64,000 bases of DNA from Eledone cirrhosa (Eukaryota): contig OZ024752.1 in assembly GCA_964016885.1 (NCBI GenBank), forward strand, positions 47,120,001 to 47,184,000, given 5' to 3'. Below the pieces are notes generated by a model. It ran no database searches. It was not told the origin of the DNA and saw nothing but the letters and a program-made list of their open reading frames with translations. Numbering within the stretch: position 1 is the first letter of the stretch; each line of letters starts with the position of its first letter. The position numbers and the translations under genes were made by a program. Below, piece by piece: positions 1 to 12,669 of the stretch.

Positions 1-1536
1 CTAAAGGTTATGATGGAAGGTTTTTATATATATACAATCTAAAATAACAAGTTTTTCTATCATTGAATCAGGGTAATTTTAAGCCGTTTGGTATCTAATA
101 GGTTAAAAATGGAAATTAAAAACCTTATTGATAGTTTATCATCATCATCATCACTTTATGTCCGTTTTCCATGCTGGTATGGGTTAGACAGATTGTCGTG
201 GTCCAACATCTAGTTCATAGGTTCCATATTTTGCAATGGTTACCATGGCAACATATCCTTCCAAAAATCAACCACTATACAGAGTGTACAAGGGACATGT
301 TATCATGGCATCTGCAGTACCACTTTCATATTTCAACCATTAGGTTAACATCCATTAATAAACACCACGGAAAGACTATTTTTAAATACACGTTATTGAA
401 AATTCCTTAACATGTTTATATATTTTGACATTTGTGAGCTGTACAACAATTATTCAATAACAAAAGATTACACAGAAGTAAAATACTGAAATATAAACAT
501 CTTGTATATAACCTAGAAATACAATAAGTTTACTGTGGAATTATTCAATGCTATCTAATTAACTGTTTGTTGTGCTAGCAACTGCATTGCAAATATTTTA
601 ATGAAGAAAATTATTATATATATTTATTATAATACTAAACATACATCTATTGCTGTCGTTGATCAACATAAACTATAGGGTTTTTCTTATGCAAATCAGT
701 GATTTATCAAAATGCAAGTTTCCCAGTTTGCGTGATGTATTCAGTAGTCTTGCTATGTATAGCAAACCAATTCTGGACTTCCAAATCTTAATACATTCAG
801 CACGGTTGCCATTATATAAAATATATTTGACTGTGTATGGAATTCTATATCAAACAATGCTTTACGAATGTATAATATATATATATATATGATAAATAGG
901 TGTTTTAATGCCAGATAAAGCAGGAGTCAACTGTTTGAACTTCATGATAGTATGGTCATATGAATGTGTAACATTAGTGTGCAAGAGAGAGACTGCACTA
1001 GGATGGATATATGATGCATATGAGGTCTGGTAGGATGACCTGGTGGGAGGCGAAGGACACGTCCATACCAATACCTGCATGCAGCTCTTTGTTGGAAGCA
1101 CGGTGGTATCATCTGATGTTCTCGATGGTCCCCAGGACTCAGCTCTCGAGTGTATATAATTACATTTAATTAAATTTATAACACTAATGATTCTTACAGG
1201 ACCATAGTTGCTTCCTTCTAAAATGATTTCCCTATGAAGGAAACAGAACAAATCCTGTAAAAGTCATTAATTCAATTCACACGTTGCACCTCAACTGCAC
1301 ACAGAAACCAACACCGCTGATAGACGAGGACATTGTCACCACTATACTGCATACACCCCCAACCTCAGTGTAGGAAAGCATACACTCCGGCCCACTTCAG
1401 CTTGATGAGCTAACTTCTCCACCACAACCTGTCTCTCTCACCCATCTATCTATGACTATCTCTATATAAATATATCTATGAAACAAGATAAACCACTATG
1501 TTAGAGAGCGAGTTTGTGCCAATATTTATATATATA

Positions 1537-1874
1537 TCATCATCATCATTTCATTTCATTTTATGTCCGCTTCTCCCTGCTTGCAAGGGTGGGACGGGAA
1601 CTGATTCTGGCTTGATTTCTACAGCTGGATGCCCTTCCTAACACCAACCTCATTTACAGTGACTGCTGGGTGCTTTTTTGCCGTGGCACCTCCACGACCA
1701 CTTTGCAGTGGAATGATAGGGACCCCAGTCCCTATCATCTCATTTCTACAGCTGAGTAAACTGGAGCAATGTGAAATAAAGTGTCTTGCTCAAGGAAACA
1801 ACACATCACCCGGTCTGAGAATTGAACTCACAACCTTTCGATTGTAAGGCCAATGCTCTAACCACTAAGCCATG
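1537..1874 (-). mobile_element. tRNA-derived CORE-type SINE with RTE tail
   Basis: A/B-box head, CORE-like tccttgagcaagacactt..ctccagtttactcagctgtagaaatg, RTE-like tail. Confidence 0.85.
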
Positions 1875-2433
1875 ATATATATATATATAGAGAGAGAAAT
1901 GGCTTCTACAGGACCAATGGTTTCTACATTTATACTCTATATATTGAGTACCTTACTTACTGTGGTTATCCCCGATTGAATCCAGGACACACACACATAT
2001 ATATATGAGGGTGTTAAAGTTTGCTTGAAGCATTGTGAAATATGTAAAATATGTAGTTTAGAAAGCCACAACAATGCAGATGGGAAATCTCGAGGTAGGA
2101 AGTGAGTGAGAAATAGGAGAAAAGTGAAAATTGAGAGAAACGAAAAAACGAAAACGAAACAAAGGTAGAAGGGTTACCGAAGTGGAGATTTAATCCCAAT
2201 ATTTCGGGCTGACGCCCATCAACGGGGGAAAAGTTCCAAAAGGGGGGGAACAGGCTAAGCCGGAGAAAGTTGTATTGTCGTTAAAACATATATATATATA
2301 TCAAAGGGTTTGAGTATTGACAATGTGTAAAACAAAACAAAAAAGAAGCCCAACATCAACTTTAATGTATGAATACAAAATTGTGTACAAAGATCGTATG
2401 TGTATGCTAGATGTGCACTACCATTGAAGTCAA

Positions 2434-2641
2434 TTAACCCTTTAGCATTTAAACTGGCTGTATCCGGAAAGAATTCTCTCACCACTCTCTATTGAAACTG
2501 GCTGTAATCAGCCACATATACTGATGTTAAGGTATTGTTCTCAAAGTAAATACTATCAACATCTCATATATTCGATAGAAGCCTTTACCACGAAAAATAC
2601 AATAGCATATATAGAGAGTAATGTAAATGCTAAAGGGTTAA
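2434..2641. mobile_element. piggyBac-like MITE (~205 bp), TTAA target site
   Basis: TTAA-CCCTTTAGCATTTA...TAAATGCTAAAGGG-TTAA. Confidence 0.85.
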
Positions 2642-3622
2642 GGAAGTTACTTCAAACGTAGACATCTAAGGAGACGCATTGATGAAAGTGAAAAGAATCA
2701 GTTTTATACAAATGTTTATAATTAATCATCATCATCATCACCGTTTTAGGTTCGTTTTCACACGCTGGTATAGGTTGTATGGGCTTGTCATGTTGAAACT
2801 AAACCGGTCAGATGGCCACGTCCTGCTCATACGATCCAATCTGACATGGTTTCTACGGTTCGATGCTAACCACTTTACAAGCCTATACAACCGGATACAT
2901 TTTATCCTATCACTGACACAACCACCTTACAGAGTGGGCCGGATGGGATTTATCATGGCAACGGTCTTGCCGCTTTTTTTAAATGTACTGGGTACATTTT
3001 AACGTGGGCCACTTAGCACTACCACAATTAACTTAAATATAAATCACTTAATCTTATTACCATGTAGCAGATAGCTTTTGTGGAAATATCCAAAGCGATG
3101 GAGAGAGAGAGAGCTGTGTGGTGATACAACCTATAACACGATTTATGGGAGGGTGTGGACTGTGTAGTAGAAAACGCAGGCTAAGCAATTTTCATAGTGT
3201 GATCAGAGCAAGGAAATATCCAAAACTAGGTTTGTCAGCACACCAGACTATAAGCTGAACATATATTTGGTAGAATGTGTAGAGTGGGATTTACGTATAA
3301 GCTAAACAACCTTAGGGCCCCCGAAGAAAACAAAAAAAACAAAAAAAAAAACGGTGTCTACGTTTCCAAAATATAAGATAAAAAAAAAAACTAAAATAAT
3401 GCAATAGTTTTAAACAGTTTTCTGCTTTAATATTGAACGTTTTGCAGCTTTTATAACATATAAAGGGCCCCATTATCTCAAATAGCTTAGGGCCTCATCA
3501 AATCTAAATCCGGCCCACATTGTAGTTTTTCAAGGGCGTTGAATATCCAAACACTGGCTCTGATAGTATATCATATTTAACGATGTCTAGTTCTTGTACT
3601 ATATATATATATATATATATAG

Positions 3623-3795
3623 AAGTAAGACCCCGACGGCTGAGCTCAAGCCGTTTCGACGGCTAATTCTCGTCGAAACGGCTTGAGCTCAGCCGTCGGG
3701 GTCTTACTTACTCCTATTACCCACTCTGCTACCCTAAGTATTGAGTACTTTGGTGCGTTATGGTCCACCTGGTTCCTTACCACTTTTCCCTCGCT
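3623..3795 (+). mobile_element. Penelope-like fold-back element in (TA)n, 39-bp perfect inverted repeat
   Basis: Arms 3623-3661 and 3671-3709; GAAA-cggct..agccg-TC half-hammerhead; downstream ACTC..GAGTAC motif; (TA)n on both sides. Confidence 0.55.
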
Positions 3796-3809
3796 ATATA
3801 TATATATAT

Positions 3810-3989
3810 AGTACATGTCTAGTTCTTGTACAATATATATATATATATATAGTACATGTCTAGTTCTTGTACTATATATATATATATATATAGTACATGT
3901 CTAGTTCTTGTACAATATATATATATATATAGTACATGTCTAGTTCTTGTACAATATATATATATATATATAGTACATGTCTAGTTCTT

Positions 3990-4028
<39 letters not shown>

Positions 4029-4097
4029 TATATATATATATATATATGTGTACTATATATATAAATAGTACATGTCTAGTTCTTGTACTATATATAT
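3810..4097. repeat. compound array: gtacatgtctagttcttgtac units separated by variable (TA)n
   Basis: ~6 copies plus a partial upstream copy at 3583. Confidence 0.9.
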
Positions 4098-5754
4098 AGT
4101 AGTAATAATAAATTTGAAGACTAAAATCAAAAGAGGGCTCGATAAGGATAAATATATATCAAATATATAAGAACCGTAGAGCAAATATATATACAGTATA
4201 TATATATAAAATGTATAGCAACTCCTTAATACAAATAACTTCACTGACCCCATTCCAAGAAATCGATGATTCTCTATCATTATCTTGTGGGTACATCAGT
4301 TCTAAATGTAACTGAGAATATTACAGACATGCAAAATTCTATCTAATATATCGATATTATCGATCAGTTGCTAGCTAACATAGTATTGAGAGAGAAGAAA
4401 GAGAAATATTTTAGTTGCCAACGATAAACATAAAGAGGAGCAGAGCAAGGTATGCTTTAAAAAAAAATCAAAAAAAATAATCCATAACATTTTATTAATT
4501 CGCCGCCGTAGAAATGTTGTTAATTATAATACATTTTAACAACGATCCTTGTGTATTTATGTTGCTATAATACGAACAGAGATCGAAGAGGGCATATAAT
4601 CAAAGACATTCCAGCTGTGACCATCCCGTCACTTTAGGTCTCATTCATTTATCCAATGTCCTTTGTTTATTTAATTAGATTTCCGCTGCTATTTCTAGCA
4701 GATCGAACGACCACATAGAGGCAGGCTCTCTCGTTTCTCTTGTTGGCTTCATATGCAGAGACGAGTTGGTGTTATAATAATAATAATTGTTTCTACTTTA
4801 GGCACAAGGCCTGCAAAATTACCCAACTGCATTACTGGTACTTTATTTTATCGACCCGATCCCCCCGTAAGGATGAAAAAGGCACAAAGTTAACCTCGGC
4901 GGGATTGATTTGAACTCAGAACGTAAAGGGCCACAACTCTATGCTGCAAAGCATGGGGTCTGACGCTCTACCGATGCCATCGTCGCCCCCCCCCCCCTTC
5001 CCACCCAAAAAAAAGACGAGATGTTCATGGTTGGAATGCCTTATATGTAGGTCCCTGTTTGTTTTGCCACCCGATTCCGTTAACAATGGTTAACTTCGCT
5101 TTTATTGTATCTAGGATTTCATTACCCCGAACTGATCCTTTCTCCTTTTTTTTTTTTTTTTTTTTATTAAACACTTGACTTTAAGCTGATTTGAGGGATA
5201 TTTGGCTGCTATTTCTTGCAATTCGACTGTTCACGTAGATGCCCCATCGTTTGTTTTGTGGGGTTGAATAACAATGGAAAACATTTGGAGGGAATACTGA
5301 GTCGTAGATAAGATCTTACATATATATATATATATATATATATTTTCATTTATATATATATATATATCTTCTTAATATTGGTAATATACCATAACAAAAT
5401 ACAACTTATATTAATATATTTTCTGGATAACTGTAAATATTTACGACATTAATCCCCTCTAAGGTTAACTTTGCCTCCTTTTATCCTTACGGGGGGGGGG
5501 GGATAAAATAAAGTACCAGTAATACACAGGGGAGTCTAATTGCTGGCCTTGTGCCAAAAGTAGAAACAATTATTATTATTTAAATAAAAACAATTGACAA
5601 AATAAACCCATAAACCTCAGATGATTATTTTTTTCTTATTTTATCATTGAATTTCCTAAGAGTTATTTAATTCCCATGTGGTTTTGTCATGGAATATTTA
5701 GATTGTAAGTTTTAGCTTGCACAAATTTATCAAGTTAGAACAATGCATACATAT

Positions 5755-5785
<31 letters not shown>

Positions 5786-5853
5786 CATAGACTCACGCAT
5801 ATATTTATTTATATATATATACATGTAGTAGGGAGTAAGAGAAGAAAAGGGGG

Positions 5854-5886
<33 letters not shown>

Positions 5887-5898
5887 CAAACAACAAAC

Positions 5899-6083
5899 CT
5901 TGTAACTCGTTTTCTATCTTTGGACCGAGATCGTTGTACTCTGCTGCTACTGTGATGCCGACTTATACTATGGATACGATCTCTGGACGCAGACCGCGAA
6001 CGTGACCTAGTGCGCCTTTTCTTATGTTTTGCACGATGTCTCGTCCTACTTGTCGATCTACTACGACTTCTTGATCGTCCCAT
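5899..6083 (-). CDS. ARGLU1: first coding exon of arginine- and glutamate-rich protein 1-like (RS-rich N-terminus); the rest lies left of the window
   Basis: MGRSRSRSRSTSRTRHRAKHKKRRTRSRSRS resembles human ARGLU1 MGRSRSRSSSRSKHTKSSKHNKKRSRSRSRS; donor AG|gtttgt. Other RS proteins cannot be excluded from one exon. Confidence 0.72.
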
Positions 6084-8529
6084 TTTTTTCTTAATTTTGT
6101 TTCCTTTAATAACGACGATTTTAAAATGTCTATTTGACACAAGAATTCAACCAGCTCCAAAACAGCGAAGCTCACCATAAGCAATATGGCGATGTCTTTA
6201 CTTTAATGTTGTCGTCTATTTGACATGCGCAGCTTTATGATGTTATCATCTTTTACACCCATAAATTATTTCTATGATCAACACACAGCATTTCTTTTAA
6301 CTAATCCTTTCGTTTTAAGACCCCAGATAACTTCCACTAATTTCCAACTGTCGAATACAATCGCTAATTATTAATGAAATTATTAGTGAAGAAAAGAAAC
6401 TGATAGTTACCTGATTTATATCTATATAATGAATTTAGAACGAATGAATTTATTATCAACAAAAATATATTACTAAAGATAGATGGAATATAAATGCAAA
6501 TATCATTAAAATAGAGAGATTTAATTAATTTAATTAATATTAAAGAAGATGAAATTTGAAACTACCCACAAAAATTAAAAAAACGATTAAAACTGATTTT
6601 AGCCAATAAAGAAATCATGAAATCATTATTAAAGAAAATGGGTAAAAAATATATTAAGGCATTTACGAAAATTACTGGAAGTTGTTGGTGATCTTAAAAC
6701 GAAGGATTACCAAAATCATTTGTGAAACTAAATGGTAAACCTTCCAGAAACAGCTATAATTTCAATAAGAATGAAATACGCTGAGTCAAAGATTATATTG
6801 ATTATCAATTAAGTGTTATTGTAGTTAACCCCCCCCCCCTTTTTTTTTAAAGTTCCCTTTTAATATGTATTTTTATTTGGAGGAATTAATTGTTTCTATA
6901 TTTATCCGGTTGTTAAAATTGTAATTTTCTGGAAATCGTGTACAAAAAAATAATAAAAAATGATTTTTTTATTTATTTAATCGGTCAAACTAACGACGAA
7001 ATAAAGTAACATTTAAACGAAATCGATACAGATACGCCCGTGGTTTAATTATTAAAACAGTTCATTATGAACAAATTGGTGTCTCTTTCACGCACAAATT
7101 ATATATAAGTAGAAACAATTATATATATATATATATATATATATTAGTCCATGACATTCAGATAATATATATATATCAAAATAGACGCTAAAATATATAT
7201 AAAGATATATAAATAGCCAGTGTGTACGAGCCACCCTTTGTTATAGTGTTCAACGTGTGAATGTACGTGGCTTAGTGGTTAAGATATAAGGTCACAAGTT
7301 CGATTCCCGACGACACGATGTGGTTTTTGAGCAGGACCAAATTTAATGGGGGACAATTGCACCGGGCCTTATGCATTGGTGGGGCCCGTAGCAATTTATT
7401 TGTGTCCTCAGCTGAGCTTTTTTGTTTTAGGATGGTTAGAATTTTTAAATCTAAAACCTGTAATAACTTTTCAGTTCCAATTACTTGTGCCAAGCTAACT
7501 TTGATATGTAAAATTGGGCGGTTTGCTGTGTATTCTTTTTTTTTTTGTGTATAAGGGGCCCCCAAAACCTGAAGTCCTCAATGCCCCAATGCCCCATCCA
7601 ACCCTACCTTTGATCACGATAATTTATTTCGACTTGCTTCAGTTTACTCAGCTGGTAAAGGTAAGTTGCCCTTGTAGTTGAAATGTGCAACCTTGTCGCA
7701 TACTGTGTCACTGAATCTCCCTGAGAATTACAGTAAGGATACATGATGGGCAGCAGAACCTGGGCTGGTAGCTGAACGAACTAAGATGGCATTAGAAAAG
7801 ATGTCACAGCATGTAGCATTGTGACATGCTCAGCCATTTGCATGTTAATTTCATGAACACCTTATCCCATTTATTCAAACAATTGAAAGATTTGTTTTGG
7901 GAACCAGCAGAAGGCCAACATACTCATACACAGTTCAGTTGTATTAAAGACATGACAATCTTATTGTTAGAGCCCCCGCCCCAATATAATGCACCCAGTA
8001 CACTCTGTAAAGTACTGGAATGTATGTAAGAAAAATGTGGCCTCAGTAGCTCCAAAGTACTGACTGGGTCTGTGGTGTTCGATAGAACCTTTGCTAACAG
8101 AGAAAATGGACGATCATGCCAAGATAAGTTAGATCAATCTCCATATAGAGAAAGCTAACCTAATGAAAACACCTTACATGGAAAAGAAAGGAAGTATTTA
8201 GCACTAAGACCTTTCATTTAACCCTTTAGTGTTTACATTACTCTATATATACTATTGTATTTTTGCAGTAAAGGCTTTATCTCACATAAATATCTCCCAT
8301 CATATTGAATCTATGAGATTTTGATATTTATTTTGAGAACAATACCTTAACACTAGTTTGAGCGTTACAGCCAGTTTCAACAGAAAGAGGTAGAGAATTC
8401 TGGCCGGTTTGAACATTAAAGGGCTAACATCAGTATTAGTGGCTAGTTATGGCCAGTTTGAACAGAAAGAGGTAAGACAATTCTGGCTGTATCCAGCCGG
8501 TTTGAATGCCAAAGGGTTAAACTTGACCA

Positions 8530-8932
8530 AAAGACTCAGTTTTCTTCCGTAGATGATCTCTTTGAAGAGAGGGCTTTCGTGTTGTCCACATAGTCAAGAT
8601 TTTCTAACTGGGAGAAGAGCATTCACTGGTCTTATGTGTTCTAATGCCTGATCCAGTCGGTGATAACTAGGGAGATGATACGGCCTTGTTGTGCACCAGA
8701 TTTCACTGAAAACCAACCAGAGAGTAGCTGCTCAATTTTAAATGGTTGTAAAACATACTTTATCAGGGTTGTGGTTTTCTCAGAGATTACATATGGCCTG
8801 AAAAATCTTCAAGAAGGTCTCCCTGTACAATTTCAAAACCCTTTCAAATTTCTGTTCCTCCGTGCATCAGTTACCTTTCGTGAATCCTGTTTGTTTTTCT
8901 CTCAGCTTCTTAATTGTCGGTTGAACAATTCT
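8530..8932 (-). mobile_element. decayed RTE-type reverse transcriptase fragment
   Basis: Broken frames: LREKQTGFTKG..., LSGWFSVKSGAQQG...LFSQLENLDYVD. Confidence 0.7.
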
Positions 8933-9957
8933 GATGGTGGTGGTGGTGATGGTGGTGGTGGTGGTGGTGAAGATGAAGGTGGTGAAGGTGGTGGTGGTGA
9001 AGTTGGTGAGATAATGGTGGTGAAGGTGGTGGTGGTGATGATGAAGATGATGATGGTGGTGGTGAAGATGATGGTGAAAGTGATGGTGGTGGTGACAGTA
9101 ATGATGAAGGTGTTGGTGGTGAAGATGATGGTGGTGGTGATAGTGAAGAAAGTGGCGGTGATGATGATGATGATGATAGTTCTAGAGTTATAGACCTTTT
9201 AAGAACATCAGTTAATAATGGTTTTGTAATATATTTGTATATTTTTCTCCTCATACAATATATATTTATCAATAATCTTATTGTGGGAATAACTTGATAT
9301 AGGAGATGGCATTTGGAAATATCACTCAACAAAACTAACAAATACTATAAATGTGATAGAACTAGTGTTGTTGTAGTGGTAGTAGTTGTAGTGGTGGTTG
9401 TGGTAGAAGTGGTGGTGGTAGTAGTGGTGATGGTAGTTGTAGTGGTGGTTGTGGTAGTAGTAGTGGTGGTAGTTGTAATGGTGGTGGTAGTAGTTGTAGT
9501 GTTGGTGGTAGTAGTATTGGTGGTGGTGGTGGTAATAGTTGTAATAGTGGTGGTATTAGTGGTTGTGGTAGTAGTGATGGTAGTAGTTGTAGTAGTGGTG
9601 GTAGTAGTTGTAGTAGTGGTGGTAATAGTTGTAGTAGTGGTGGTATTAGTGGTTGTGGTAGTAGTGGTGGTAGTAGTTGTAGTGGTGATAGTCGTATTGG
9701 TGGTGGTAGTGGTGGTGGTGGTGGTTGTGGTGGTAGTAGTGTTGGTGGCGGTAGTTATAGTGGTGTGGTGGTAGTAGTAGTAGCAGTGTTGGTGGTAGTA
9801 GTAGTAGCAGTGTTGGTGGTAGTAGTAGTAGTGGTGGTGGTAGAAGTGTTGGTGGTGGTAGTAGTATTAGTAGTAGTAGTAGTATTGGTAGTGGTGGTGA
9901 TGGTAGTAATAGTAGTGTTGATGATGGTAGTTGTAGTAGTGGTGGTAGTAGTAGTGA
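8933..9957. repeat. imperfect trinucleotide microsatellites (GGT/GAT)n and (GTA/GTG)n
   Basis: Tracts at 8933-9180 and 9365-9957. Confidence 0.95.
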
Positions 9958-10123
9958 TTCTTTTACTAGCTATCTTTCTTTTCTGCCAAACTCCTCCACA
10001 CACTTATTATTTGTTTTTTTCTTCCTTTTTTTGTTTATACCACGAATATTGATATAAATGTCAAATATTCTATACATTCAGTAGTATGTTATTTATATAT
10101 ATATTTATACGTTCAGTAGTGTC

Positions 10124-10186
<63 letters not shown>

Positions 10187-10198
10187 TATATACATTTA

Positions 10199-10250
<52 letters not shown>

Positions 10251-10363
10251 CATATATATATACATATATATATATACATATATATATACATATATATATA
10301 CATATATATATACATATATATATACATATATATATACATATATATATATACATATATATATAT

Positions 10364-10766
10364 ATAATATATAAGATCAAAAGATGGTTAAAAGAGTTCC
10401 ATGTATTTTATTATGCGCATTTCAAAAACAAATATCATCATGCAATAATATTTGTGTTTTCATCAGATAAAACAGGAAGACATGATATGAAGGTTAAAAA
10501 AACACTTGTGAATAGTGCAGTTTTAAATCAACATATCATAAAACTGCACTATTCACAAGTGTTTTTTAACCTTCATATCATGTCTTCCTATTTTATTATT
10601 GCATGATGATATTTGTTTTTGAAATGCGCATAATAAAATACATGGAACTCTTTTAACCATCTTTTGATCTTATATATTATTTATACTCCAGTCCTACAAA
10701 CTGTAGAGTGCTTCTTATCCGATATCTGCATTGCTTTATTGTACTACAATAAAACTCACCTCCTAC
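10364..10766. mobile_element. Penelope-like pLTR-derived fold-back element in (TA)n
   Basis: Inverted arms 10364-10525 and 10539-10680 with a 13-nt loop; contains a hammerhead; flanked by (TA)n. Confidence 0.65.
10402..10476 (-). ncRNA. minimal type-I hammerhead ribozyme motif (Penelope pLTR-like)
   Basis: tgttttat CTGATGA aaacacaaatat...atatttgttttt GAAA tgcgca TA| ataaaata; palindromic stem III ATGCGCAT. Confidence 0.75.
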
Positions 10767-10782
10767 ATATATATATATATAT

Positions 10783-11660
10783 AGATCCTGAACACTATAG
10801 ATCTTGCTTGCAGTCTGACCTGGACACAATGCAACAGTGGATCTCAAACTGGCAACTCAAGCTAGCTGTGGACAAGTGCACCACCATGCATTTTGGGAGT
10901 AAAAACCCAGCGTCCACATACTCCCTCCACAGCACTAATATCAAGAAGTCTTCCTGTGAACGTGACCTGGGCATTACGGTCAGCAGCGATTTGCGTTGGA
11001 CGAAGCACGTCTCTAAAATTGTCAAGAGGGCCGAGGGTGTCTTAGCATCACTCAGCAAGACCTTTGTCAGCCGCTCTCCAGATATCTATTTAAGGCTGTA
11101 TACAGCTATGGTGCGACCACACTTAGAATTTGCATCACCAGTCTGGAACCCCTATCTTGCTCAGGACATTGACCGCCTGGAAACTGTTCAGAGACGTGCA
11201 ACCAAGCGAATACCCTCCATCAGGCATCTACCATACTCTGAGCGCCTTGCTTCCCTGGGCATGGATTCATTGAAGCTCCGACGCCTGGCAACTGACTTGG
11301 TAAACACCCACAAAATTGTTAACCATGTTGCCAACAACAACCCTGAGTGCCTTTTCGATTTCCATGTGTCTAACACACGTGGACATGCCCACAAAGTAAG
11401 AAAACAGCACAGTTCCCATGACTTTCGGAAACATTTTTTCACGCTCAGAGTTGCTGAAGCATGGAACAAACTACCTGCATCAGTTGTTAGCTGTCGAGAC
11501 ACTGCATCCTTTAAGGCCTCCATGCTTCCCGAGATCCGCCAACACTACAGCTAACACATACAAACATGTACTTCCCTGGCATTTGTGTATTGTTCTATGT
11601 ACTATATTGACGAGTTGTAGTGCACCTGAGCACTTTACACAATAATTTCATTATTATTAT
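10783..11660 (+). mobile_element. CR1-clade LINE, 5'-truncated ORF2 C-terminus plus 3'UTR
   Basis: Stop-free ORF with [50 protein letters not shown]; (att)n tail; inserted in (TA)n. Confidence 0.92.
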
Positions 11661-11695
11661 ATATATATATATATATATATACATTCAGTAATATG

Positions 11696-11735
<40 letters not shown>

Positions 11736-12555
11736 TCAGTAATATGTAGTATATATATATCATCATCATCATCATCGTTTAACGTCTATCTTCCACGCTA
11801 GCATGGGTTTAGACGTGAATTGTCCCACGTGAGGCAAGATTGGTTGTCTTGCTTGTATAGGACTGCCTGGCGGGTTTTCTACGGCTGGATGCCCTTCCTA
11901 ACATATCTATACATTCAGTAGTATGTTATATATATATATATATATATATCTATACATTCAGTAGTATGTTATATATACTGGAAAATTATGAACGTCTGCA
12001 CCCACCAAAATGTTAGGAGCAATTTATTATTATTATTATTATTTTATCATGACTCATACTCTGTTCATTTTCCTGACATTTGTACATTATTCTATGTACT
12101 ATACATGCACCTTTGATGAGTTGTAGTGCATCTGAGCATTGTACACAATAATTTCATTATTATTTAATAGGCTGTATTTTTTTTACTTAATTGCCTTATC
12201 TACCCTTATCTACCCTTATCTACCCTACTATTCCATCACCAAGTCACTACTTGGATGGAGTCCTGCTCCAGCCACAGATCTCATCAGTGGCCTTCAGCAT
12301 ATTATCTCTTAGGAATTCCCATTGTCCCTCTCTATATTGTAAGTCTCTATACTGTCAAAAGTGCCAAGCTAGATAGTTCTGGAAAGCAGATGTACAAAGA
12401 TGATGATCATGATGATGATGAATTTAAAACCATAAAAACCATATTTTTTTTAGAAAAATTCAACGTTTTATTTGAGATAATATCAAGAAATTTATATTAA
12501 AAATACTACCCCTTCCCTGCAAAAAGCCACAGTGAAATAATGGAAGTAAATCTTT

Positions 12556-12669
12556 TTATGGTGGCATTGCTGGTGGCTGAGAACTGGCACAGCGAAAGCC
12601 TAAATTGGAAGCAGAGGAATCAGGGGTGTTCTCACTTCGTGCTGCACAGCGATATCTGTAGCAATAATC
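12556..12669 (-). CDS. SUMF1: SUMF1 exon 8 ([37 protein letters not shown])
   Basis: ttcag|; TAA at 12558-12556; AATAAA at 12472-12467. Confidence 0.95.
   Translation of the reverse strand, partial: DYCYRYRCAARSENTPDSSASNLGFRCASSQPPAMPP

Noticed and set aside
1629-1847. Recurrent [11 protein letters not shown]... ORF (also at 33428, 46521, 52345)
   Set aside because: Antisense reading of the same SINE family.
3810-4097. Repeat-spacer array resembling CRISPR
   Set aside because: The 'spacers' are only (TA)n of variable length; no cas genes.
6183-6232. YY1-like (aatatggcg) and NRF1-like (tgcgca) motifs upstream of the ARGLU1-like ATG
   Set aside because: Short motifs without TSS data; plausible but unsupported.
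8660-10380. Long poly-Val, poly-Thr, poly-His and (IY)n ORFs
   Set aside because: Translations of microsatellites.
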